A stretch of DNA of 63,685 nt, counting the filler, from Intoshia linei (taxonomy: Eukaryota > Animalia > Orthonectida), in assembly GCA_001642005.1 (NCBI GenBank). It is 4 parts of 4 records of this genome, joined end to end, with 100 filler letters (N's around TTAATTAATTAA, not from the genome) between each part and the next. Parts side by side here need not be neighbours in the genome. Positions count along the whole stretch, not along the records: positions 1 to 31,920 come from LWCA01000332.1; 3 more parts are not named here. One strand, given 5' to 3'. The position numbers and the translations under genes were made by a program. Under the pieces are notes generated by a model. That model worked only from the letters and a program-made list of their open reading frames with translations. It ran no database searches and was not told where the DNA came from. Shown here piece by piece: positions 1-13,280 of this stretch (positions are counted from its first letter, which is position 1; the number at the start of each line of letters is the position of its first letter).

Positions 1-204
1 ACATTAAAATTATTGTTTAATATTAATTTGCATAATAATTTGGCACACCAAAAAGCACAAAATTTTCTTAAATCTTTGTGTATTCATTTTTTTTGGGACG
101 TTAAAGTATAATTAGTTGAATATATAAATATGATAAAAAAATTAATAGAATTAAGTAACTATTTTTTAAATTATTAATTTTTGCATAATAACTTAAAACG
201 CAGT
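1..204. mobile_element. Right terminal inverted repeat of a Tc1-like (TRT/DD37E) element, same family as 48856-50405
   Basis: Near-identical to 50172-50405; ends ...GCAGTG followed by TA; carries the internal direct repeat TGCATAATAA(T/C)TT. Confidence 0.9.
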
Positions 205-1860
205 GTAATATTAATATTACTTTTTTGCCAGTTTATTTGTTTGTTAGTTTTGTTTATAATAATAGGTCTATGAACCATGGTTTCTATAATGGTATACTTA
301 CTCCTTATCGACACTAACCTAATTCGTCATTTGAATAATTACAATTTGATAACTTTCGTGTAGTTCAGAAATATTATATAAATGACATTTAAATGTTAAT
401 TTAAAATTTGTATTAAATTTTTACTCAATTTTCAGTGTTGACTATTCTAAATCGGATAAACGGTTGGCAAACTATAATAACTGAACTTATAATATTATTA
501 TTTTATAAATATAGCTTTTAAGTCCAATATTTGCTTGCAACATGCTAACTAATTACGAGATTGATCCAGACACGATCCAAAAAAACAAATGCATAGAAAA
601 AAATTATGCGGTATATTAATGTTTCATGAATGTTTTTTTCTTGTGACCCATCTCACATAAAAACTTTTCGTTGTTACTCTTTTTGATATAATAACACTAA
701 TTATTTTTACTTTTTAAAATTATATTTACCAATAATATCTTTTTACCAAAAAAAAATCTTATATGTTATTGTACATTTTTAAACGGTTTACATTTACCGA
801 ATAGTTTCACAATTTACTCTAGTCCATGTTCATATTCTGTTGGTTGCGATTTGGATTGTATTTTAATTATTATACTTTTCTAATTACACTTGTAAAATTT
901 CTAAATTTAATTTACTCAATTTAATTTCTCGAATTCTGGCTATTTACATTATTTAAATTGTATTCAAACAAAAAATAAATTTTAAAAAAATTGAGCTAGA
1001 AACAAATTTAAAAAAATAAACTGTATAACTAAACATAAAGAACAATATTATGTAGTCGGTACCACGTTTAAAAGCTCAAACGCCAATTTCTGTCAAAATA
1101 AAATTCAGTTTTAATTTTGTAATATATATTATATATAAAACTTTAAATGGTCAGGCTAACTTCACCGTTAGGAGTTGGCCGAAAATATTTTAAAATAGTT
1201 ATTATTTTAGTAATACTATAATTTTAAGCCCTAAGGATATTTTTTCTAAATACCCATGAGACACCTTAATGTATATATTTTGAAATCAGCTAGATGATTA
1301 ATAAAAGTTTACTATATCACTCTCACGCGTGATTTTGTGTGATTCTTTGACATTTTATTTAAATTAAATGAAGCTTAAATTTTAGCTTGCACTGTAAAAT
1401 TTACTGAGTGGAATGCAAGTCATTTTAGAAACTTTTTAGCAATAATGTTCTCTTTACATTTGTACTACAGTATAACCCCGTGTTGGGCATCTTTTTGAAA
1501 ACTGCCCCAAAAACTGATGGTAATGATAATATTCTATTATGTATTAAATTAATTGAACAATAATAGTATTTAATCATAGTAAGAAAGCTGATAAAGATTC
1601 GTTGATGGAGTATATCACATAAAATTAAGCATCTATTTAAAAAATAGATATTTATAGTATTAAAAAAAATATAAATAGAATTGAAAATTTGATAAATGCA
1701 TGAATATTGAGACAAGACAATAACAACTTAATATTTACATAATATCTGATAAAAACAAATGTAACTTTTTATCTTTTAATAATTGAATTATTTCCAATTT
1801 TGTGTCATAATTTAATTTATCGTTCACCATTTTGATTTAAAATTTTTGTAAAAAAAATAA

Positions 1861-2001
1861 AGTTCCCCAAAACGAGGTTTATCTGACACTTATTTATAGG
1901 AAATAGTACATAATACTATGAAACTAATAAAATTTATAAAAGTACCCTAAAAAGCGAGGGTTCCCCGCTGCCGAGGTTCGCCCCAAATTGGGGTCGGACT
2001 G
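1861..2001. mobile_element. pogo/Tigger-like element end
   Basis: GC-rich terminus ...GGGGTCGGACTG|TA with repeated CGAGG motifs; the other end was not found. Confidence 0.5.
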
Positions 2002-2342
2002 TATTAAGTCAATTATATTAAATGTACCATTAATTAGTACTATTCATTAAATTAATGTACTATTAGGAATTTCTACATAATGTAAGTCACAATATACGTC
2101 GAAAATTTACCATGGGCAATGTTGCCAGTTCATATAATACATTATACAAATTGGTATTATTTATTTTGAATTTAATTAATTTTAAATGTTATAAAGAAAT
2201 TAGTGGGAAACCCGTTACCGGATTGGGCTATAGCGAATTATAATTTAACTCATAGTTATTATGATATCTTGGCTCATTTGCATTTGACATATTTTAGAGG
2301 AATTTTACCTTTCATATCTAAAGATCATATCGTCGGAGGTAA

Positions 2343-2640
2343 TCCTTTACTTAAATAAAATTGAATGTTTGTATTACGTATGTTACCGTATATTTAAAAC
2401 ATTGACAGTCGTAAAATTTAAAAAACACAATTTCTAATCCTATTTTTCGCAGAGAATGTTGATATCCATTTTTCAGTTTCCGAATTCTTCGTTCTTCAGA
2501 GTCAAAAATCCAATTTAACCTTTTGTTTAAAAATAAATAAACAGCCGAAAAATGTAATAAAACATAAATTCTGGGGCTTTATATAATCATTATTATTGTC
2601 GTAAATTTCAGCCTCAGAAACACACACCTTCATGGGTATT
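2343..2640 (+). mobile_element. Non-autonomous Helitron 5' fragment
   Basis: A|TCCTTTACTTAAATAAAATTGAATGT start; body similar to 11402-11980 and to the reverse of 47560-47944. Confidence 0.7.
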
Positions 2641-4072
2641 TATAAAAATATAATATTTGGTAGGTCATTTCATTAATTCAATAATTAACGATTTCGATGG
2701 ATACATTAAAAATGATACTGGAGAAAAACTTACCATATACATATCTGTATTTTATTTAAAAGTTTAGAATATCAAAAATTTAGAATAATATGATTCTGAT
2801 ATCCATCATTATGATGTTCAATATTAGAGTATTTCCATCTAGTAATTCCAATATTTTTTTTGAATTATTGGTTAAGGAAGGTAACATGGATAGATATTAT
2901 ATCCGAACAATTTATAACGGTTATGGAAGAAGATACAAAATTAAACCAATAGGTTATTTAACTATATATATGTTGGGTTAATGTTATCTCAATCTTACTT
3001 TTCACTTTAAATGTTTTTAAATCATAGTTTTCAAATTATTTCTAATTCTCAAGAATTAATAGTTTATATAAATTTGATACTACAATCATCAATTAATCTA
3101 ATCAGTAATCAATAATCACTTTTTATAAAAAATAGTAACAATTAAATTTATTTTCATACAAAATGAAATTTCATCGGTACCATTATATCGTTTCATGGGT
3201 AGATGATGCTCACGGGATCGAAGATGAGGTCCCCTGGTATAATACTAATCGTAGCGATGTATTAACTCCATGTAAATTAAATTTGCATACCGTACATTAC
3301 ATACAGTTTTCACATAATTTAAATAAATATTAATAATAAATATTTTGTTTACGCACATTAATATTCATAATGTCTTTTCCTATTGGAGTTAGCATGGCTC
3401 CATCATCTATTGCAGCGTTTTCCAACAGGTGGTTCACGAAGACGATAAATACCATTTAAAAAAGATACCTAGATATGAGAAGATATTACTAATAAATTAG
3501 AAATAGCGATTCGTTAACCTCTGAGATCAGTGATCTCAGACTAAGTCTCAAACCACTATGTTCAACTTTAATTTAGTTTACATTTTACCGTAGCTTAATT
3601 TTTTTTCACTTTCACTACCGCTAGCCCAAAAGTTTAGGAGACGCTGATCTACTCTACTCAATATGGTAGTAAGTGTTAATGCAAACCCGTTGTTTATCAA
3701 TATTAATAATTCAAATAGGCTACAATGATTCAATAAATGATTTTGATACATTTTCTCAATCCTTCCAAAAGTACAGAATGTCAAATGAAAAATTAAAACA
3801 AATTTGCAAAAATAAACTTTCCTGTAAATTTATATATTATACAATTGTATTATAATAATAATAATTATTCAATTTATTTTCATTTTAGTGTTCTTTGCTT
3901 ACCAAGCCCTCATATTTTACATTTCAACGATATTTATTATACTTTTTTCAGTACTATCGATAATATTGTATAAAAATGTCATTAAATATTTAAAATAAAT
4001 TGAAACACAGTATTCTTTCCATAATCGCCGTTGTGGTAGTTCGTTAATATTCTACATCAGGATGGTCTAAAG

Positions 4073-4682
4073 CAGTGGTTCTCAAAGGGTCCATGTGAAC
4101 TCCTTAGTGCTCCACAGGAGAAATTACACATCTAGGGGGTCCACAAGAAAAATTTGGGGCATCGAAAAAAATCCATCACTAGAGTATTTTACAAAAAAAC
4201 GTGACAATTTTAAATCCATTAAAATGAACAATATCTTCAATAATGAAGTTATCAAGAAAGATAAAGGTTTAAAGCTTCTTATGAAACTTCAAAAATTATA
4301 GAAAAAGCTTGTAAACCTCACACATTGGTGGAAACTAATTTTACCAGCTATTTCTGTAGCTATCTCGACTTTAATGAATAAAAATCCAACTGAATTTACT
4401 CGTCAAATGACCCTGATTAACTCATCAGTGTCAAGACCAGGGGTGTCAATTATGCGGCCCGCGTTATAATATAAATTTTTATTTTTTATTACAATTTTTT
4501 ACACATATTTCTTATTTTACAGTTTTTTTAATCGAAAAAACTATGGTCAAAAATTTTATAAAACAATACAAGCATCGATTTATAAAGTAGCGTACGACTA
4601 AGATTTTTTTTATAATAGGGGGTCCACTAATAATATAAAATAACTAAAGGGTCCATGTTATGAAAAAGGTTGAGAGCCACTG
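4073..4682 (+). mobile_element. hAT (Charlie/Buster-type) internally deleted element
   Basis: TIRs CAGTGGTTCTCAA / TTGAGAGCCACTG; identical 8-bp TSD GTCTAAAG; internal peptide KASYE...KPHTLVE..ILPA...SVSR resembles ZBED5/Buster transposase. Confidence 0.9.
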
Positions 4683-4779
4683 GTCTAAAGAATGACCCGC
4701 GAAAGTTTTTAGTAATACATACAATGTACATTTAGTATATTCTGTAAAGCAGGTAAATATTAAAAAATAAATATATTAT

Positions 4780-4970
4780 TGAATATTGATGTGGAATTTC
4801 CAACTAGATTTGTTGATTTTGATTCTATTAAACCTAAATTGGAGCTTTTGAATAATCATACTTATATGGACGTAGAAGAAACATGACACAAAATCTGCAA
4901 TTGGAGTTGTTTAAATTGCTATTAGATTATTTCAATACTAAAAATTTAAGAAAAAAATTATTTCAGAACA
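4780..4970 (+). mobile_element. hAT transposase remnant (GTF2IRD2/Charlie-like)
   Basis: Disrupted peptide EFPTRFVDFDSIKPKLELLNN..DVEE..LQLELF matches the EF..RF.DF...DVE...LQLEL block. Confidence 0.5.
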
Positions 4971-6245
4971 AAAAACAAAAAAATCTGATTTAACTCACCT
5001 TTTGTGAAACGGTGTATATCTCGTTTCAATTTTTATTTTCTGTTTAAATTTGCTGGGACGAACAAATGCACGAGGACACACTGTTTGAAAAAAATGGTTT
5101 ACAGGAATATCACAATTACCACATTGCCTAGCATTACTTTAAATTTTTTGGAAATAATTCTAGTAATTACCAGTAGCGGATATAGATGGGGCGATCGCCC
5201 CTAGCTTTACAAATGTGTCCTAAAATATTTTAATTTGTATATTAACATTTGTAACTTTGGGAACCACTCCTTTAAAGGATTGATAATATTGCATTTATTT
5301 TTTTAGTAGAATAAAAATGTGCCCTCGGCAGAGCTAGGTGCTGTTTTTACGTAGTACATAACTGTTAACCTATTATTATTATAAATGTCCAAAAATAGTC
5401 ATACTATATGAATTTAATTCAATTGTATGACTTATAAATTGATAAGAATAGATTATTAGATATAGCATATATTGATAACATTGAATAGATAAAATAGATG
5501 TATTTTGACAAAATTTAAAAAATCTGAATTTGCATTTGAAAATAGAATGTCAAAAATAAACTTGTGCTAGCGATTACACTCTGTGAAAAGAATATTTAAA
5601 GATATTCCAACAATATAAATAAATATATTTGTGACGTTTCATTTATATCCATGGATAATTCGCATTAATTATATGGATTGGTTAAAAGACAAAAAAATTT
5701 CCAACATAGCTAGTGCTTTGAAAAGTACTCAAAAACACTTTGACAAATTATTAGAACTTCCAAGTGGTAACATGTTCGTTTTTCTGACTTAAAATTGTAG
5801 ACAATTCACCACAAGACAAAGACACCAATTTATGGGGAGTTATTTTCGGTTCACAAACTAAATTAAAACAAAATAAACCAGAAATGTAAGCATTGGTCAT
5901 TTTATTTAAATTATAATTGATACCATTAATAATTATATATACAATTTTATATTGTTTTGATGACTTTTATACATTTATTTTTTTTACAATTAAATTAATC
6001 ATATAATCAATTTAATTAAAAATTTTAAAATTTAATTGCAACGTTCAAATATAATTCATATAAATATAAATAACTATAAAGAAAAAACAATGAAAATGAT
6101 ATCATCAGTACAGACATCAATTTAAAAGTACGAAACGATGCAATGTATAGTATGGAATGTATGCAATTTATACATGAAAATTATTTAAAGAATCAAAGTT
6201 TGGTATTTATTACTGTTTTGGTTTTTAATATTTTAATTGTACAGG

Positions 6246-9200
6246 ACGATTTATTTCTTGAAAGGAAGATACCATTTTTCTTAAAATTTAACAAAAATTA
6301 TCAAAATATATTAGCATCTTTTTTGTTGTATCAGGTAAATATTGTTAAATTGGTTAATTTAATGGTTCCATTACAATGATCATAATATACATTTATACAT
6401 ATTTGATCTATATATTCCGATCAAAATCTTGACCTTGTTTGTAAAGCACAGGCTTGTAATTATACATCAGCGCGCGTTACACAAATATATTATTACTAAA
6501 AATAAAACCTATCGAATCAGAAATTCCAAAAATAATATACCTTATCTATTAATATGTGTAATATAGTAAATGTTATGTTTTTCTTATCTGCCCTGTAGGG
6601 TATAACAGTGTAGGTTTAATGTTTTTTAGAAATTCAAAAATATACCAGGTTGATTAGATGTAATTTGAAAAAAGTTTTAAATGTGATACCCTACTGCCAA
6701 GGCTATCTTCAATATTCGTTGAAATGTATTCATACCTTGGAACTATCAAATTTTTTTAATTATGTAATTATTTATAAACCACTGTAAATTTAGGAAAATT
6801 TGAAATTACTAGATATATTAAAATGTAAAATTCAAAGTAAGAATGAAAAAATTGATTCGCTAGAAAATGAAATGGAAGATTTGGTTCATATTCAAAATTT
6901 AAAATCTAAAAAAGGTTAAATTGACGAGTTTAAATAATATATGTATTTACTTTGATGTATATTATAATTTATTAGCTTGGCTGTTTTGTACTACATACAA
7001 ACAGCACCTAGCTCTATCAAGGGCGTACTTATTTAATCTATTATATTTAATAACATGATTCCTTACCAATTTAATAAATAATTAAAAATACCAATTATGT
7101 ATCAATATATTGAAAATATATTAAAAATTATTTTTCACTGGGAATGCGTAGATTTCTGGGGTTGAAATTTTGTATTTATATCAACTGGAATAAGCTCTAC
7201 AGAAAAAACCTTTTTTTAAATTTTCGGACCGTTAATTATTTCACATTTTTTGTTGTAATAAAATATTTCGGAAAAAAAATATGTGAATACTAAAATACTT
7301 TTTTGACCGTGAAGTTGTCACTTATTCGGAACTTAAAAAAACAGGTAATTTGCGGTTTTCGCCCTGAAGAATTTTTTTTAATTTCTCGAATTCGTGTGAT
7401 TTTCAAAAAAAATCATAATTGGGTTTTTGACCCGTAAGATGTGATTTTCGAAGTTGTAAATTTATCTTATTTTCACCTCTGGAAAAAACTGTAATAGAAA
7501 TGTGGACTGATAGTTATTGAAATAATACACAGACACAAATAATTTTATATAAGTAGGGATTATATCTAAAAATAGTATATTTATATTTTTACACGTATAA
7601 AAAATTAGTAAATAAATTGTTAAAAGAAAATGATGCATTAACTGAAGAAAAACATGCATTTAAAGATGAACTTACTATTTTGGAGAATGAATATAAACAA
7701 CAAAAGTATTTTTTCATATTTTAAAATAGATTTATTTATTTAGATTAGCATATAATTTAATTGAAAAAGAATTTGTTAATAGTTCGAAAGCATATACAAA
7801 AATTGATGATAAATATAAACAGATTAAAGGTATTTATAGGTGATTTGGCTGGAACCATTTTTTTTCTCGAATTAAAAAAAAAATTATCTGAATTTTTTTT
7901 AATTTTATTAATTTTGTGACAAAATGATATTTTTATGTCTCTGTATTCCAGCCAAGAAAGATTGTAGAAATAATATTTATATAATCGATTTCAGATTAAA
8001 TTGCATCTTTAGAAAAGTTTAATAATGAGAATAATGAAATTGAAAATTTAAAACAAGAAAATGAAGATATTAAAGTGAATATTTTATTTTTATGATGTAT
8101 TGTGGATTTTAAATAATCTTTATAACTTATAGAATAAATTTCAAATTCAACTTAAAGAATATCAGAGGTAAATTACCAATTTAATATTTATTATTCCGTT
8201 TTTAATTTTCTTATAATGTAATAATTTTTTTAATTTCTATGTCTCAAATTATTAAATTATAATTAATTAATAATTGATACATGTATTTGTTTGAATAGGG
8301 ACAGTGTACCTTTAAATAATACAATTATAGTAATTTGGAACTACTTGAAAATGAAAATATAAAATTGAAACACCAATCCATATATTTAATTAAGGATAAC
8401 GAAAAACTCAAAGGTGATAATGAAAATTTTTCTCAAAATAACCAAATTTTAAAAAATAATGTAATTTATATAAATTTTTCATGATAGATTACATTCAACA
8501 GTATATTTTTATATTTTAACTGGGTTGACTGTTATGTACTACGTACGAACAGAACCTAGCTCTGCCGAGGGCACATTTTTATTATACTTAAAAAATAAAT
8601 TAACGTTGAAATTGCGTAGCAATGAAAAAAATTCCGAAGGAATAAATTATATAGATTTTCACACATATTTCTTTAATGAAAATGTGTAGACGTTCATTGC
8701 ACATTTTTTTGAAATTGTATGATCAATATTTACATTTTCAATTTTTATTTTAATCGAAATATTTGAAAAATATTGGTTGAATATATTATTAAAAATTATT
8801 TTTCATCGGGAATGCGTAGATTTCTCGGGTTGAACTTTGCATTTATATCAACTGGAATAAGCTCTATTAGAATAATCTCTTTTTTTTATTTTAGGACCGT
8901 TAATTATTTTACATTTTTTGTTTTAATAAAATATTTCGAAAAAAAAAGACCTTTAATTATTTCACATTTTTTGTTTTAATAAAATATTTCGGAAAAAAAA
9001 TATATGAAAATTAAATGCCCTTTTTTGACAGTGAAGTCGTCACTTATTCGGATTAAAATTTTCTGTGTGTGTTCACAGGATCACAGTTCAATTGTACCAC
9101 CTGTAAATTTTTTTAAATTCTAGGGCTGTTTTTATTAAAAAAAGAAGGGTAATTTGTGGTTTTAGCTCTGATGATATAATTTTTTTAAATTTAAATTTAT

Positions 9201-12200
9201 GGTAATGTTTATGATTTTAAAATTCGTATCAGCGTATATGTTTTTTTAAATTCTCCAACTTGTTTGATTTTCAAAAAGAGGGACAACTGGGGTTTTTGAC
9301 CCGTAACATGTAAAATTGGGAGGTTGAAATTAAGTTTGCGCACACCCTCGGAAAAAACTGTAATTAAAATGTGTACTTTATAAAATTCTAAGACAGGTAG
9401 TTATTTAAATAAATCGTAACACACACAAACAAAAATCGCGTAGCATATTATATATTATAATAATATATAATATAATAAGTTAGGATTATTAATTATTTTT
9501 TAATTAAATTTTAAATTGAAAGACGTCCATTCTCTAGAATTTTTTTTTACTCTTCAAAAATAAATTAATTGGTTTATTCGAAAATTTAGCTACATTGTGA
9601 TTTTATTATCAGGCATAAAATATAAAGAAATAACTTTTTTGGTATTTTCTCAAATTTTAGTTGTGTAAATAATTGATAAACTCATTCTAATGTTTTAAAT
9701 CTGAGAAAGATTTCAAATTTCCAACACTCTTCTATGCCAGAGTGTGTGGGAACCGTTTGAGGTGTATTAATTTAAATTTATCAAATTTTTAAATATAAAG
9801 GAGTAATTAGATAATTGAATTAAAAAGAATTGTTGAAGAATCCCATAAATCCCATAAAATTATTGTTAACAACATGAAAGACCAAACGATTGCAAGTTTC
9901 TTTATTTTAGTTTTCAATAATTTTAGAATTCATCATTTCAAAAACCGTCTGATAATTTCAATTACACGTCGCCGTTAAATCATTTTCGTATTACTTTAAA
10001 ATTGTAATTTTATATTTTTTTTATTTTTAGAAAATAAATCATTTTCTAAACAAATACAATCTCTTCAAATATCATTATCCAAAGAAAAGGAGATTTCCAA
10101 AAAACTTTCAGAACGAAATTTGGCGTTGAATTGTAATTTTTTTTTCTTTATTTTTATATGTATTAATATTTTTTGATGTAGGTAAATTACATGAAATGGA
10201 GTTAAATTATAATAAAATAAAAAAATTTCAAAATTCACTACGACGCGATGCAAATCAATGTGAACAATTTACTCAAACTACAGTCCCTAATAGCAAACAA
10301 ATTGATGTTTCAATTTCACAAACTCATATCTTGGAAAACACCATAAAATCATTAGAAAATCAATTAAAATTGAACTTAAAAAATCAATCTGAATACGAAA
10401 AGTATTTTAGATTTTACTATTATAATCAAGGATTGCAGTTAACGGTTTCACATGCAATGATTCATATATGCATCATTCAAAATAATCGAATGGTTTATAT
10501 AGGGCGTCTACCAAAAAAAATTTAAATACTTAAATCCAACCATTTTTAATAAAAATGACAATATACTAACCCTTATTAGAAAAATTTAGGGTAATACCAA
10601 CCCTAAAAGGAAAAATCCACTTTTACCAACTATGACATAATATTCTAAAACATGCTCTCTTTTCATTTTGTGTATTGTTAAAATATAAATTAATTGTATT
10701 GTATAAAGTTATACAACCATGAAATTCCATTTAGTTTACAAAATGTCAGTCGGTATGCTTATCAAGCCTTATTTCCTGGTTATTTTATTCCTTTAACTAA
10801 TGATTAAACCAACTAATATGATAACTTATGTAAAAAAGGTTGGAAAACACTGCACTAAACTAAAGCTTCTAGTATAAAATTTGATGATAAATAATTTTTA
10901 ATTATTACCTTTTTTTTTGTATAAATTTCAAGTGATTTTAAACATAAAAAACAAGCAAAATAAAGATAACTTTTTATTAAAAAAATGAAAATAAAACGAT
11001 AGTGTGATTCCGTTAATGGAATTATGAAAAAATTTGTCAATTTTTTTTTAACTCACCTCAAATTTTTTACCAAATACAATCTCAATTTAACCACCGGATT
11101 TTTTATTTAATATGATTAACAATTAAATTATGTAATTTTTTTAATTCTAGGATTTTTATTTTTTTCCATATTTCAAAATAATTAGTAATTTAAAGCAGCC
11201 ATTCTCAACGGGGTCCACAGCAGTTTTTGGGTCCATGAAAAATAATTTAGAGAAATAAAAAAGTGAAAAATTATATTTCGGCAATGATAGCAATTATTTC
11301 TAATTAACGCCATCTAATTTAATATTTTTCCATTCCGACTAAATTTAAGTGAATATATTAAATACTCCATATAAACGTAAAAACAAAATTATAATTATAT
11401 ATCCTTTACTCGTATAAAATTGAATGTCTGTGTGTGAGTGTGTTACCGTATATTTAAAAAATTGACAGTCGTAGAATTTTAAAAAACCCAATTTCTAATA
11501 CAGTGTTTCCAGGGTGTGTTTATATTTATTTTTCAGTTTTCGAATTTGAGTTTTTTAAGTCAAAAATCCAATTTGCTGTTTTGTTTAAAAATAAAATCAT
11601 CCCAAAAATTTAATAAAACATACATTCTTGGACGCGTTTTAAAATCATTAACAATGTCGTAAATCTTAGCCTCAGAAAATTACATCTTCATGATCAAGAA
11701 CATGTATACAAGAAACAACCAGATCCACTCATATGCAAGGGTCTTTGTAACCATGTTTAAACGGGATATTGTCATCCCTACAGTCATTCTTCATCAAGAT
11801 TAATTTTAGGGTGGGTTTTAGTTTAAAATAAGGTTTATGGAGTTTTTTACCCTGAAGGAATCAATTTCTGAAAGTGAAATTGCGATGCTGCATCGCTCTT
11901 GAAAAACTGTATTACCAATTGTAAACTGGGGTTTTTTTAAATAAACGGTAACACACACATAAAATTTTATATAAGTAAAGAATGTAATATATATAATTTT
12001 TTGGGTCCAAAAGGGTATGAAAAAGGGTTGAGAAAGCCTGATTTAGACTATTGATAATGAAAATGTAAATTTTAGATAATTTAATTGATGAGACTACATT
12101 AACCATCAAGAACTATAATTTTTTGATAGAATTAAAAATGTCCGCCCTGAGCAGAGCTATGTTTTATTAACTATGTATTTGTAACTAACCTTTTTCAAAA

Positions 12201-12616
12201 TTTAGAATAAGTCAGATAGGTTAATACATTAAAAATTCTGTAAATTGTGGCTAGCATATTTTAAATGAAAAATTAAACTTGGTGAACACAAATTATTAAA
12301 ATAATTTGTTTATTCCAAGCAAATTTTGTCAAATCTACAAGTTTTATATTAAACTGATAAACCAAACTACAATAACACTAAGTAAATGTATATTAAAATT
12401 TATTAGATATGAAAATGAATAAAGCTAAAAGGTTTGTGGTTGAAATTTTTAATAAATTATAAAATTATGAAATCTGGCAGTATCAATATATGTTTTATTA
12501 TTTTATAATTTACATTTAATTGTATTTATTTCAGATTAAAATTAAATTATGAAAAGAATTTTAAAGAAAGCAAGGATGAACAAGATGTCATTAAAAATGA
12601 AAATGTAACGAATTAG
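6246..12616 (+). CDS. Multi-exon coiled-coil protein, unidentified (5' end uncertain)
   Basis: Chain of GT-AG bounded E/K/N/L-rich exons (ENLKLLDILKCKIQSKNEKIDSLENEMEDL; LELLENENIKLK...; ORF 10196-10525; last exon ...KNENVTN* ending 12616). Confidence 0.6.
6972..7559 (-). mobile_element. Non-autonomous Helitron with both ends
   Basis: 5' A|TCCCTACTTATATAAA; 3' hairpin GTTTGTATGTAGTACAAAAC followed by CTAA|T. Confidence 0.75.
8520..9485 (-). mobile_element. Non-autonomous Helitron with both ends
   Basis: 5' A|TCCTAACTTATTATA; 3' hairpin GTTCGTACGTAGTACATAAC followed by CCAG|T; body is the reverse complement of 62283-63040. Confidence 0.8.
10502..10632. repeat. Foldback-like element terminus with ~30-bp units
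   Basis: GGGCGTCTA terminus followed by TACCAACCCTAAAAGGAAAAATCCA units as at 31136-31415. Confidence 0.6.
11196..12040. mobile_element. hAT MITE with nested Helitron sequence (11402-11981)
   Basis: TIRs CAGCCATTCTCAAC / GTTGAGAAAGCCTG; TSD ATTTAAAG/ATTTAGAC; Helitron 5' end TCCTTTACTCGTATAAAA inside. Confidence 0.75.
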
Positions 12617-13280
12617 AACGATTGAGTGTTGAGTTTATTGGTTTTTGACTGTGGATAAACAGTGTTAATTAAACACCAATTTGGGACATTTTTGGGTTGA
12701 TGAACAAGGTGGTATGTGGTTTACTCAAATTATTTTAATAATAGTAAATATACATGCTAATAATTTGTAATACTCCTTTTATGTTAATTTAGTATATTTT
12801 CAAAACTTTAATTTCTACAATGGTTTATCTGCAGCTAATGAATATTTAATTTTGATGAATAATTGTTGTGTTTAGATAATTTTAAAATCTAAAATGAAAC
12901 AATCTCAAGGAAATTTACATGAATTTCAAAACATAAATATTTTAAAAGATTTACAATTGCGAATCCAAAAAGTGAATTTAATTAATACCAATTTATTAGT
13001 AATTTTGTCAAATTTTATTTAATTAGTCTCATGACCTCAATATTTTGCCCATTAAATTTTAATTTTAAACCCACACACCAAAAACAGTTATATATCTCAT
13101 TTCTTCATTTCGATAAACTTTATCATAAAGTGAATTATACGTGTTATTTTTGAATTGATAATCTTCTTTAGAAGGAAAATGAATGCCTACGATGTGAACT
13201 GTCAAAAAGTGAAAATTAAAAGTGTATTTAATGTATTTATTAAATTTATTATTTGAAATTATTAATTCTGAGTTGTTAAA

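Noticed and set aside
1425-1715. Numerous 60-100 aa F/I/L/K/N-rich ORFs in the track
   Set aside because: Composition expected by chance in very AT-rich DNA; many lie inside repeats.
3160-3830. Possible minus-strand spliced gene (LFELLILINNGFAL...LRSLISE)
   Set aside because: A few plausible exons, but no start, no consistent end and no recognisable family.
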